This document shows, in pieces, positions 47,313 to 57,474 of a stretch of DNA of 64,000 nt. The stretch comes from a virus (lineage: Duplodnaviria; Caudoviricetes): IMG/VR virus record IMGVR_UViG_3300048803_000071, positions 28,783 through 92,782 of that record. One strand, written 5' to 3'. The notes beneath the pieces were generated by a model that did not search any database, was not told where the DNA came from, and was given only the letters and a program-made list of their open reading frames with translations. Position 1 is the stretch's first letter. Each line of letters begins with the position of its first letter. Both the position numbers and the translations under genes were made by a program.

Positions 47313-47877
47313 TAAATAATTTATTATACATTGTTAAAAAAATCTTTTCTGAAGTAATGGGGGCTAAAGAAATGAAATAAAACACAAATGCTTCTTTAAA
47401 AAATTTAAAGGTATCGGATTCAAAGTAATCTTTATTTTTGTCGACACTCCATCTTGATATATCTTTGAAGAATGTTTTTCCTTCGTAATATAATAATGCC
47501 TCATCTATGGACTTAACTTTGTAATCATAAGGATATTCTAGACCATGTTTATGAAATATTAGATTAAGAAGATGGTCCTCATATTCTTTGTAGTTACCAA
47601 TATGTTGTTTTACAGGTCTTGCAATATCGCAAAGATATGCCTCTGAAGCATCATGCAGTAAAAATTGTTTTGCGTGTTCGTTATCTCCAAGTTTTATAAA
47701 ATATTGAGCTCCAATTAGCGAATGCTGAGCAACCGAATAGAATCTTTTACAATGTCCCGTATATCTACATATATTCGAAAGTGCGTGAGCTATGTCTTCT
47801 ATGTCAATTTTTTCTATTTCCGGCTCTAGCGGATAAAATTCTTTACCGGTATATGTTTGTATCCAATCTGTTTTCAT
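47293..47877 (-). CDS. HD-domain phosphohydrolase (YfbR-like)
   Basis: DIAHALS..CR..GH...YSVAQH...LLHDASEAY..D. Confidence 0.85.
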   Translation of the reverse strand: MKTDWIQTYTGKEFYPLEPEIEKIDIEDIAHALSNICRYTGHCKRFYSVAQHSLIGAQYFIKLGDNEHAKQFLLHDASEAYLCDIARPVKQHIGNYKEYEDHLLNLIFHKHGLEYPYDYKVKSIDEALLYYEGKTFFKDISRWSVDKNKDYFESDTFKFFKEAFVFYFISLAPITSEKIFLTMYNKLFNGENSK

Positions 47878-47890
47878 TATGAATCCTTTC

Positions 47891-48343
47891 TTAATCAGTT
47901 TTTTCAGTGATTATTTTGATTTTCTTCTTCACTCCATCACTCACTAATGAGAATCCTTGCTTTCCTTTAAAATCAAACGGTTCAATCTTTTGTACATTAG
48001 TATAAATGTGACAGAATAAATCCGGATAATAACTCACGAAACATTTTCCCTCGTCCTCCGGAGTCATGACTCTGCAATCTGTTAATTCACCTATCCCAAT
48101 TGCTTTACCTAAGTTTTGTAGCCTTATATTAATGCCCGTATTAATAGCGGAAATATTCCAAATTTCATCTAAATTATATGCTTTTTTCGAACAGCATATC
48201 AATACTAATCCTCTGTATTTCGTGCTCCACGTCCTTGTTTCTATCTTATTGAATGGCGGTAGCATTAAAGTCCCGTACGGCTCCTTCCAGCTTAAAGCTA
48301 ATATCTTTTGCTCCAAATCTATTACCTTATTTATTAATCTCAT
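47891..48343 (-). CDS. ASCH-domain protein
   Basis: LS.K.PY...KIETRTW.T.YRG..LI; KGKQG. Confidence 0.8.
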   Translation of the reverse strand: MRLINKVIDLEQKILALSWKEPYGTLMLPPFNKIETRTWSTKYRGLVLICCSKKAYNLDEIWNISAINTGINIRLQNLGKAIGIGELTDCRVMTPEDEGKCFVSYYPDLFCHIYTNVQKIEPFDFKGKQGFSLVSDGVKKKIKIITEKTD

Positions 48344-48568
48344 TCTTATTTAATTTGTATGTGGTCGTTATCTTCCCGTTCTTAATCACATCGCCGCCTT
48401 CACATATGCTATGATCTCTGTATAATAGATAATTTACGACTACGGAAATCTTACCCGAATCTTGTCTTAGACTCCTTGCCATACCTTCCTTTGTATATCT
48501 CTTCCCGGCTCTCCGCTGTAAAAACTTTAAAACCATGTCAGTTAATGTCCCCTCTTTCCTCCGATTAT

Positions 48569-49327
48569 TCATCCTATTGACTCTAATAATATTTCAGATA
48601 TTAATATATTTCCTATTGTGATATTATCGCCAGTCTTAAGCTTTAAAGTTAATAATATCGTGTCATTCCCAAGGTTTTGTTTATCAACACCATAACATGT
48701 TGCTAAGAATTTTGATCCCATATCTGTAATTTTTTTACTGTGTGAATCAGTATTGTTTTTATGCAAACTTTTTCTCTCAGGGTTTTTCTTAGTATATCCA
48801 TTTTTATTTAATATTTTACCTCCGATATATCCCTTTTCTTTTAAATATATATCAACATGTTTTTGCGGTGCTGAGACTTCCCTCGCCGCTGCAAAAGCAT
48901 ATAAACCGTTAACTTTTGCATAATGTATATTTTTTTCATCTTTGCATTTGTTATGCATTTCCTTTCTACCGTCTTTGAATAATTCATCTAATTGAATTTT
49001 TTGCTCTGAAGTTAATTCCTTTTGTTTGTTCATTTTATTTTGATTTATTTTGTTTTGAAAAATATTTGATTTATTTTCTATCTCTTCACCCTGCTTTAAT
49101 ATCCTGCAGTATTTTTTGTTTACCGTGTGGAAACTGCCTTCATCATCTTGAATCTCCAGAATACCGTCTTTTATAAATTTTAATTTACCTTCAATAAGAC
49201 CTTTCTCCTGATGATATACCCTCACCCGATCACCGACCTTAAACACATCACGGCTCATAATTTCTTCGAACTTTTTATCAATCTTTTTCCAATCTTCTTT
49301 TATTACTATATCATGAATTTTACTCAT
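48569..49327 (-). CDS. hypothetical protein
   Basis: 252 aa; N-terminal KOW/SH3-like segment (FKVGDRVRV). Confidence 0.5.
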   Translation of the reverse strand: MSKIHDIVIKEDWKKIDKKFEEIMSRDVFKVGDRVRVYHQEKGLIEGKLKFIKDGILEIQDDEGSFHTVNKKYCRILKQGEEIENKSNIFQNKINQNKMNKQKELTSEQKIQLDELFKDGRKEMHNKCKDEKNIHYAKVNGLYAFAAAREVSAPQKHVDIYLKEKGYIGGKILNKNGYTKKNPERKSLHKNNTDSHSKKITDMGSKFLATCYGVDKQNLGNDTILLTLKLKTGDNITIGNILISEILLESIG

Positions 49328-49508
49328 GGCTTTTGGTTTTTTATATTTGAATCTCCTGCTAAAAATGCTTTTTCTAAATCAAATAGCATTTGCCATTTCT
49401 TTTTCACCATTGCATTATCCCCTACAATAATCTCGTAAATATCATTTGTTAACTCCCGATTCTTTTTCTTTAATTTCTTGTAGCTCGATAATTTTTTCAT
49501 TTTGTTTT

Positions 49509-50168
49509 TTAACTTCTTAACTTCTTTTCTTTACTACTGCTCTTCTTATCCACTACTCCAACATACACTTTGCCCTGCTCTACATCTTTAACCGGTTTTT
49601 TACCGAACATTGTGAATTCATCCCCTTCTATAAAATAATCGTAAACATAAGGCTCTGAGACTTGTACCCTGCATACCATTGTGTCCCTGCCTATTACTTT
49701 TTCTTTAATAGGAATTGCTACATCTAACATTATAACTCCATGCAAATGATCAACTTCATGTTGAAAAATCTGTGCCTTTTCTTTTATTAATATCATATGG
49801 TTTCTTTTCCACTCTCCTTTAAAAGTTAAGTGTAGATAATTAACCTTGATCCTCGTATCCCTATATGTAACTGTAGTTACTCCGGGAAATGACATACACT
49901 TTTCTTTTTGCATTAGTCTTTTATTTGAGAACTCTATTATTTGCGGGTTAATACAATTCTCTACAGCCAGTCCGTTTCTCCATACAAATACAGGCATTTT
50001 ACTCCCTATTTGTATGGAACTCATCCCGGCTGCTTCGGGGTTTTTTGTCATAAATTCCTCAAGCTCCCGGACCACTTCTGCGATTTCTTTTAATTTTTCC
50101 GAAACGTTTTCTTTTAAATAATCCCGGGTTAACCATTGAGCCTTATCCCTTAATTTCATATACTCCAT
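49509..50168 (-). CDS. def: peptide deformylase
   Basis: AGMSSIQIG, EKCMSFP and QHEVDHLHG motifs. Confidence 0.88.
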   Translation of the reverse strand: MEYMKLRDKAQWLTRDYLKENVSEKLKEIAEVVRELEEFMTKNPEAAGMSSIQIGSKMPVFVWRNGLAVENCINPQIIEFSNKRLMQKEKCMSFPGVTTVTYRDTRIKVNYLHLTFKGEWKRNHMILIKEKAQIFQHEVDHLHGVIMLDVAIPIKEKVIGRDTMVCRVQVSEPYVYDYFIEGDEFTMFGKKPVKDVEQGKVYVGVVDKKSSSKEKKLRS

Positions 50169-50442
50169 TATCTTGACCTATCTTTCATATCAGTTACATC
50201 ACTGCTTATTTTATCACCGGCTTCCTTTTCCGTAATTACAACGGTTGTTAAATCATCGATTTTAAGGACCTTAACTGTGAGATCCCTCGATAATCCGTCT
50301 TTCAGTTCTCCGTTGCCTAATTCCTCGGCACATTGTGAACACCTTATCGCAACTTCATCATTCGGATTCTGTTGATTTAATAATTGCTTTACTTCGAATA
50401 CTTTCATTTCTGTAATCTCCTTTTATTTTAATTTTTAAAAGT

Positions 50443-50976
50443 TTACCTGTGAGCTTTATATTTTGAAATTAAATTGTTACATCTGTTGTCTAACTTATAA
50501 ATCAAACTTTCTAATATTTTATTATCCTGTCTTTCTTTTCTTAAAAGTTTTGCGTGCTTTATTAATCTAAAATTCCTATATCCTAATCTACCGACTTCAT
50601 ATTCGAGACATCCTGCAAATACCGGTATTTCTTCTGCTTTTACTAAACCCTTCGGAATTATATAATAAAATTTATTTACGGTTTTTCCTGATAATAATAT
50701 ATCGTGCTTTGTCTCATCTTTGAATCTTCCAAATCCGTTGTCATTATATTTATATTTCAGGGTACATTTCTTTTTATCTCTTAAAAAATCTGATCTTGAT
50801 ATTTTTAATTCATATTCTATCGCGTAATATTTTGTGAAATCAAACGCTAAGAAATCACATTCAAAACCTTCCCAAAAGAAATTCGAGACAGTAACCCTGT
50901 AATTTCTTTGTGTCCACCGCATAAAATAATATGATATTTCGTCGCTTATATTATTAAATATCTTTTTGCTAATCAT
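50443..50976 (-). CDS. PD-(D/E)xK nuclease-like (MmcB-like) protein
   Basis: ECD...EYELKISRSDF..D..K, FYY..P. Confidence 0.65.
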   Translation of the reverse strand: MISKKIFNNISDEISYYFMRWTQRNYRVTVSNFFWEGFECDFLAFDFTKYYAIEYELKISRSDFLRDKKKCTLKYKYNDNGFGRFKDETKHDILLSGKTVNKFYYIIPKGLVKAEEIPVFAGCLEYEVGRLGYRNFRLIKHAKLLRKERQDNKILESLIYKLDNRCNNLISKYKAHR

Positions 50977-51443
50977 GCTATCTTTATAATTTGTCTCTCA
51001 AATTCTTTTTTAAAATATTTCTTATATACTTTTATAAATTCTCGAATCGCTGTTACTTCCATTTCTATTAAAAAAATCAGTTTCCCGCTTACCTCTTCCG
51101 TTAAATAACTCTCCTTTGGCAGTCTCACTACTAACTCGTTTATAAAATTGTGTCCCTTCTGCTCGATAAAATCTTCCGACTCCAATGTGAAAAAAAGTAT
51201 GTCATATGCTTTTAAATAAACGATTATCAATTATTTTTCATTAATATTACTGTGTCTTTAAATCGCTTTACTATATCAAATTTATTCTTATATTTTGCCA
51301 TTGTCATAAAACTCTGTATGTTTATATCGCTTACCTCAATTGCTTTGCCCGTTTCCAATTCGTCATACATTTTTATTACTTTATTCCAATCATATCTGCC
51401 TCTGCTATCATATGGAATTTCTAATACTTTTAATTTCATTTTA

Positions 51444-52187
51444 TTAAAATTTTGGAAATTCCTGAATTTGTAAATAATCATGGAATCTGCCAATATCCTT
51501 TATTAATTCTATCTTGTGATTTGTTTTAAATATATGGACCTGTTTAACGAACAACGGTACATCAGCATCTTTACATTGCATTGATATCTCCCTGATCCAC
51601 TCCGGCGCACAATATCTTTTTCTTGCCCCGCTCTCACCACCGCAAATAATCCATTCTAATTGTTTTAAATATTTGCTTAAATTTACCCTTTCTATTGACG
51701 GCTCGATTGATACAAATCTATGAACTACCGGAATTTGTAAAAGTATAGGGATTAATTCATCAACATCATTTTGTGTGGAGACGGATACACCGGGAAATAC
51801 ATTATCTGTTGTTTCAACAAAAAACTGTTTCATCCTTTCTATTCTTTTTGTGAGAATAAAAAATCTATGTTTATCGCATTTTTCCATTACTCTAAATACT
51901 TTAGATATAAATTCAAACGGAACCTGTGGATGGAAAAGATCTGACATACTATTTACAAATACCCTTCTCGGCTTTTTCCAGTGCATCGGCTTATCAAGAT
52001 TATGCCTTAATAAATTAACTTTCCCGTTCCAACCCTTTTTTCCTATTACATTTCCGTAACCTTTTATTCTGCTTCCTTTTAACCTGTGAGCAAACTTTTC
52101 AGCCCAACAGTTAAGACAGCCCGGAGCTATTTTTGAGCATCCGGCTGTAACATTCCAGGTCTCGTCGCACCAATTTATTTTACTCAT
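51444..52187 (-). CDS. DUF5131 (phage Gp37/Gp68) family protein
   Basis: I.W.D.TWN..GC.K..PGC.NC.A, FVNSMSDLFH, LTKR, GGESG. Confidence 0.88.
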   Translation of the reverse strand: MSKINWCDETWNVTAGCSKIAPGCLNCWAEKFAHRLKGSRIKGYGNVIGKKGWNGKVNLLRHNLDKPMHWKKPRRVFVNSMSDLFHPQVPFEFISKVFRVMEKCDKHRFFILTKRIERMKQFFVETTDNVFPGVSVSTQNDVDELIPILLQIPVVHRFVSIEPSIERVNLSKYLKQLEWIICGGESGARKRYCAPEWIREISMQCKDADVPLFVKQVHIFKTNHKIELIKDIGRFHDYLQIQEFPKF

Positions 52188-52217
52188 GCTTTTTTATTTA
52201 ATATTTTACTTAACGTC

Positions 52218-52454
52218 TTATCCCGCTGCTCCTGTGGCATCTTCGCCATGAGCTTTGTCAAGAATAAATACATGATCTTTCGGGATTTCTTCTCTTGGTT
52301 TTAAAAATGCTTTTGGCCGAGGGAATAACATTGCCTTTAAAGTATCAAGTTCATATTCAAAAACATCAAAACCTTTCCCTGAAGGCAATAATACATATCC
52401 CTTTGTTTCCTTGAATACTTCCGTTAAATCTTTAATTTCTTCTGTCTTTCCCAT
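52218..52454 (-). CDS. small protein ending in a copy of the endolysin N-terminal strand
   Basis: C-terminal KDHVFILDKAHGEDATG versus amidase KDFVFILDRAHGENVTG. Confidence 0.6.
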   Translation of the reverse strand: MGKTEEIKDLTEVFKETKGYVLLPSGKGFDVFEYELDTLKAMLFPRPKAFLKPREEIPKDHVFILDKAHGEDATGAAG

Positions 52455-53132
52455 AATTTTATTTTATTTTTTTAGACATAAAATACCCATCCAATTGTGC
52501 GCTTAAATAAAAATTTGACAATATTAACTTTACTTTATTAATATCAGTTGGTTGGAATACTATAAATTTCAAAAGTTCATTTATTGTTTTATCCACCTCA
52601 GCAATACGTTTCAATGCCGGTTTTGACATAGGATTTTTAGCTACCTTATTTTTTAGTTCTTTAGATTTCATAATATTTTCTTTTTTCAATTTCTTTAAGT
52701 AAATATCCTCTGATGTCTGAAATGAACTCTTTCCCTTCCATCTTTTCAGCCCAAATCTCTAAAAATATAATTGGGAGCTCTTCACCTCTCCTTAAAATTT
52801 CATATAGCTTCATTTCTTCCCCTTCTTTACATAATTTATAACCGTATTCATTTATCGCTTCTCCATAGATTTTCTCCCAAATTTCAATATTATCAAGAAT
52901 TTCAATCATATGCTTTAAGTTTAATTTTATATTTATTTTTAATTAAACACTTTTATATTGTCCCATTCTTTCAAAAATTCAATTATATTCTCGTATTTCT
53001 TCTTCAAAACTATATCCACTTTTCCGTTCTTAAATTTCACCGAAGTATAATTATTCTCCTGTGTAAGCTTCAGTATCTTCCGATCACCTTTTAGCAAACA
53101 GCAGCCCTTTCCGCAATATGTTGCTTTTATCC

Positions 53133-53618
53133 TCATTCGACCCGGACAGGTACTAAAACGTTTTCGAATAATTCATTGAATACTTTTTCTTGAGTTTCAG
53201 GCCTTTTTACTTCATAAAACTTCTCTACTATGACTTTTAATTTTCCTATAATCTCTTCCCGGGTCTTGCTATCCAAATCTTTCTGGTTATTCCATTCACA
53301 TTCGTCCCAATTGTATTTCGACTTTTCTTTAAATATCCTCTCAAGATAAAAACCCAGCTTGAAGGGCTCTTTTATTTTATGTAATAAAACTCTAATTATT
53401 ATTCTAAGTTTTATTCGAATGAAGGTTCTGATGAAATACAAACTGATTACCTTGTTGCGGATTCTTATGTTCTGTTTTAAAATTTCTGCTCTTTTCTCAA
53501 ATTTCTCATATTCATCTTCCCGCATAATGCGAATTAATCCTGTTCCGCTGTCAACGTTTTGTTTTTTTTCTTCCATCTTGTTTTTTATTTTATTTTGGGA
53601 AAAATACTTCGTATGCAT
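53133..53618 (-). CDS. hypothetical protein downstream of terminase
   Basis: 161 aa ORF. Confidence 0.5.
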   Translation of the reverse strand: MHTKYFSQNKIKNKMEEKKQNVDSGTGLIRIMREDEYEKFEKRAEILKQNIRIRNKVISLYFIRTFIRIKLRIIIRVLLHKIKEPFKLGFYLERIFKEKSKYNWDECEWNNQKDLDSKTREEIIGKLKVIVEKFYEVKRPETQEKVFNELFENVLVPVRVE

Positions 53619-55563
53619 CTTTTATTTTTTTGTACTCTCTGTCCGTTATACCTAATTCGGTGCAAATAAAATCTTTTTCTTTTGTTGGGTGGATTTGTAG
53701 TTTCCGCGCTTTGTTTTCTGCCCTTGCTAATTTATCGCACATATCAATTAACTTAGTATCCGTGAATGTGTCTATACCGGTAGTTGCTGTGAAGTTGATG
53801 AAGTCTTCAGACGTTAATAGTTCGTACAGCTGGACCAGTACATCAGCGCAGTCTTTACTGAATCCCATCGGGTGTTCTATCTTATTAGCTTTCGCTACTT
53901 TCTGTACCCGCTCCAATTCCTCAATTAATAATGGTTCGTTTAAATATGCTACCAGGTTATTGAAAATTGCCGTTCTTATGTTGCTGTATAATCTGAATTG
54001 CTGTGCCTGCGAAAAAACAACTGTTGATGCTCTTATTCCCCTCTGTTCGAATATCGATGCTATAGATTCCGATTGATACCGGTCACCCTTGTAATATACG
54101 CTGTTCGGGAATGCATCTAAGCATTTGTCTATAATCTCAGCTACATTATTAAAATCTACCGGCAAAAGCTTTGTAGGACTCCATATAATTATTAAATCAA
54201 CTATAGCTCTCTTGTTTGCAATAAGATTCTGTGATTTTATTATCTGGTCAGGTGTTGCTTCTATATCTTCAATATATCCGCTCTTTAAAACAAACCGGTC
54301 TTTATTTATTGAAGTATCACAAGCCCAGCACCTAAATCTTTCATCACCTTTTATCTCAAGTATCTCTATCACCGAATATGGTTTTTCTGTTGTGTCTCTG
54401 AATTTCTTCTTGTGGCTCCTCTGAATATATGTTATCCGGTTTTGTACATCTTTCATTGCACATGCCTTTACCATTTCAACATGCGGCTTTAAAAATGCAT
54501 ATTGCGTTCTGCTCTTCACACATTCATACCTTGCCTGCGAATCGTCAGGGTCTTTATCGTAGTCTTTTATTTTATCAGGGTCCGTCTTTGAAACTGAAGG
54601 ATTGAATTGATAAGTCGAAAATACATATGTCTTTGTTGATGTGATGTATTTTTTCTGTTCCTCAGCTGCTTTTTTAGCCAATTCTCTTTCTTCCACTATT
54701 AACTCGTGAGTTAAATCATATTCCGTATTATTTAAATATGAGAATTCAAATAATTTCCCGACCTGTTTTGGAAATCTCGTTGTTATATTACCTATTAAGC
54801 CCTTGCGTAACTTGCTGGCGTTTAAATATGCTATCAGACTATCTGCTCTCGATGGTTCGTCCATTAACGCTAATATTATATTTTTTCCCTCAAAGCTCGA
54901 TACTCCGGAATCTAATGAATGTAATTTTATTCTCCCTGAATCTTTAAAGAATGGCGGGAATTCAATTACTTTCTTCTTCATATCTCCCATACCTTCATCT
55001 CTCAGGTCAAAGTTCATGTATTTTGCGTAATAATTGCTGCCGGTCTCAGGTTCTTTTACAACTTTTAAAACTGCCTTCATCCTGTCAAAGAATACAGTGT
55101 TCGCCTGTTGCTCCCCTACCATGCTGTTATTTGTTATCTCAAAGTTCGTATTGATAGGTATTGTCTTATTACATAAATCTGAAAACACTCTGTAAGGCTC
55201 TACCAGGTTACATAAAAAAAGAAGTGCATAGTTTACGCTTACTTCCATTACTATGTTCTTACCCCCGCCCTGGCCTATGCCTAATACATATTCTATTGCC
55301 GATGTGTCCCATACTTCCGGGTTTAATCCCCAAATATCTACTAGCACGTCTTTCTGCGGATCACTCAGGAATGTATATCCCATAGCAAGCTCTGCAACTT
55401 CCAATACATTTAGAGGCTTGAACTTAAATTCATATTTATCACCCTTAATGTTTTTTACCTGTATCTTTGTAGTGGATGAAATGTGAGAGGAGGGCACAAC
55501 TCTCTTTATACCCTTTTCAATATTATCAATCCGTTTTATTATATCTAATCTGTCGTTTGGCAT
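53590..55563 (-). CDS. terminase large subunit
   Basis: Walker A GQGGGKN, Walker B LMDE; RNase H-like nuclease with CDTS...D, DRYQS and EHP...SKDCAD. Confidence 0.85.
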   Translation of the reverse strand: MPNDRLDIIKRIDNIEKGIKRVVPSSHISSTTKIQVKNIKGDKYEFKFKPLNVLEVAELAMGYTFLSDPQKDVLVDIWGLNPEVWDTSAIEYVLGIGQGGGKNIVMEVSVNYALLFLCNLVEPYRVFSDLCNKTIPINTNFEITNNSMVGEQQANTVFFDRMKAVLKVVKEPETGSNYYAKYMNFDLRDEGMGDMKKKVIEFPPFFKDSGRIKLHSLDSGVSSFEGKNIILALMDEPSRADSLIAYLNASKLRKGLIGNITTRFPKQVGKLFEFSYLNNTEYDLTHELIVEERELAKKAAEEQKKYITSTKTYVFSTYQFNPSVSKTDPDKIKDYDKDPDDSQARYECVKSRTQYAFLKPHVEMVKACAMKDVQNRITYIQRSHKKKFRDTTEKPYSVIEILEIKGDERFRCWACDTSINKDRFVLKSGYIEDIEATPDQIIKSQNLIANKRAIVDLIIIWSPTKLLPVDFNNVAEIIDKCLDAFPNSVYYKGDRYQSESIASIFEQRGIRASTVVFSQAQQFRLYSNIRTAIFNNLVAYLNEPLLIEELERVQKVAKANKIEHPMGFSKDCADVLVQLYELLTSEDFINFTATTGIDTFTDTKLIDMCDKLARAENKARKLQIHPTKEKDFICTELGITDREYKKIKDAYEVFFPK

Positions 55564-55576
55564 CTATCATTCATGA

Positions 55577-57370
55577 TTATATTTTTAAAAGTTCTTGATT
55601 TAATCTTATCAATCCATTTACTCTCTCCGCTAATCCTAAAGTACATAGATTAGATAATGCATTATTAAAACCTCCGCTTCCCGAACTATAGCCGGTTATT
55701 TCTCCTAATTCATCTTTAGTATATTCCTGATTAGAATGATTTAATAAAATATTGTATATTTCTCTCGGGCATTTGTTTAATTTATTAAGCCATTGTTCAA
55801 GCGACTCTTTCGAATTACTGAATAATTTTTCATCAATATTATCTGCAATGTTTTCTGTTGGCATACTCGGATTAATTGTATATTTTGAATTGTCTTTCTG
55901 TATCAAATCTTTTTGCCTGAGCTCCGATAATGCATTATTAAATCCTCCGGAGTTTGGTGAATACCCGGTCATTGCTCCTATCTGTGGTTTTGTAAAACTA
56001 TTACCGGCTCTCAGATAAAGAAATGTGAGAATAGCTTTAGGACATTTGTTAAGACTTCCATTTTCATTTGATTTAAAAGCATGTGGATTTAATAAACCGG
56101 ACCTTGTTACACCAGGTTGTTTGTGTGCATTGTCTAATAAGTTTCTCTGAAAATCCAGGAACCCCGAGGTTTCACTTTTTAATCTTTCAACATGAGTCAT
56201 GGTAGGGACACCTAAGCCTAATTTTTCCATTTTTGCAGAAGGCATACCGTATAGTGATTCAACTAATTTTCTTAAATCATCAATTAGCTTTTGAAATTTA
56301 TCTTTATTATTATTATTCCCAAATTCTAAGAATTTTATTTTTTCTTCTTTTTGTTTAATAATAACTTGTTGTTGATTTAAAAGATGTTTTGCTGTTAATA
56401 GCTGTTCATTGAGTTGTTTATCACTGACACTTTTACTGCCTAAAGGTGTATCCAGGGATTTGATTATTTCTTTTTTAAATTTTTCCTCTAAAGGTTTTAT
56501 CTCCAGTACCTTCTTCATTCGCTCTACAAACTTTGAAATATTTACCGTCTTGCCCTGGTAGTTTATATCATCAACTTTCTTAGGATTCGGATGATAGGTT
56601 TTTTTCTTGCTTACATGGATTCGTAAAGGCTCTCCCTCTAATCCTACACAAAAAGCTTCTCCTGAAGTAAGAGTTGGTAATGCTTTAATTATGCTGTCAA
56701 CATTATTAACCTGGCGAAGGTCCAACCACTTCTTTATCGACATTAAAGAGTTCTTACCGACCTGTTTGTGCAATATGCTGAATTCTGCTATTTCAAGTAT
56801 TGCTTTGTTCACTTCCTCTGCCCTCTGATTGATAAGCGTATATCCTAATTTTGCATTCCTACCCATCCTTGCAAGCCTCTCAATTGAACCGTATACCTTA
56901 CTGTGCTGAGGTTGAAGTCTCTGAGGAATGAATTCTGCTGCCTCTTCTAAAAAGATGTGCCTTAAGTCCTTATTCTCGTACATCAGTATATCAATGCTCT
57001 CCTGAACAATTCTGATCCATTTTGACTTATTCGCGAGGGCAACACTGTATAAATCTATTATTAACGGGATATTCTCATTCATTGCAGCCCTTATTATATT
57101 GGGTGCAGATTCTACCGTTAAATTAAGGTCCGGATAATTACCACCGGCTACTACAACTTCATAACCCTTGTTTCCGTCAATCCCGGATTTCAAATGCCTC
57201 CAGATTCCTACCGGGTCAAATGCAACTATGGGTATCTTCGCTTCCAGGAGCTCCTCTGCTATCTTCATAGCAGTATAACTCTTTCCGGAGTCCCTTATGC
57301 CTAATATCGCATTCCCCTGCGATGCATATTTGAGCGTTTCAATTTTAAGGTTTTTAGCTAAGTTTATCAT
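55577..57370 (-). CDS. HerA/FtsK-like ATPase with two C-terminal winged-helix repeats
   Basis: GIRDSGKS, FDPVG, FLEEA..FIPQ, GR..LG..LINQR; duplicated LNKCP...TGYS..SGGFNNALS.L. Confidence 0.8.
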   Translation of the reverse strand: MINLAKNLKIETLKYASQGNAILGIRDSGKSYTAMKIAEELLEAKIPIVAFDPVGIWRHLKSGIDGNKGYEVVVAGGNYPDLNLTVESAPNIIRAAMNENIPLIIDLYSVALANKSKWIRIVQESIDILMYENKDLRHIFLEEAAEFIPQRLQPQHSKVYGSIERLARMGRNAKLGYTLINQRAEEVNKAILEIAEFSILHKQVGKNSLMSIKKWLDLRQVNNVDSIIKALPTLTSGEAFCVGLEGEPLRIHVSKKKTYHPNPKKVDDINYQGKTVNISKFVERMKKVLEIKPLEEKFKKEIIKSLDTPLGSKSVSDKQLNEQLLTAKHLLNQQQVIIKQKEEKIKFLEFGNNNNKDKFQKLIDDLRKLVESLYGMPSAKMEKLGLGVPTMTHVERLKSETSGFLDFQRNLLDNAHKQPGVTRSGLLNPHAFKSNENGSLNKCPKAILTFLYLRAGNSFTKPQIGAMTGYSPNSGGFNNALSELRQKDLIQKDNSKYTINPSMPTENIADNIDEKLFSNSKESLEQWLNKLNKCPREIYNILLNHSNQEYTKDELGEITGYSSGSGGFNNALSNLCTLGLAERVNGLIRLNQELLKI

Positions 57371-57474
57371 GATTTATGTTCATTATTTGAAAAAAATTAA
57401 ATATAAAACAACAATTAATGAGGCTAAGATGGTCAAATAATCAATAATATCATGATTTTCTTTCTTAAATATTT

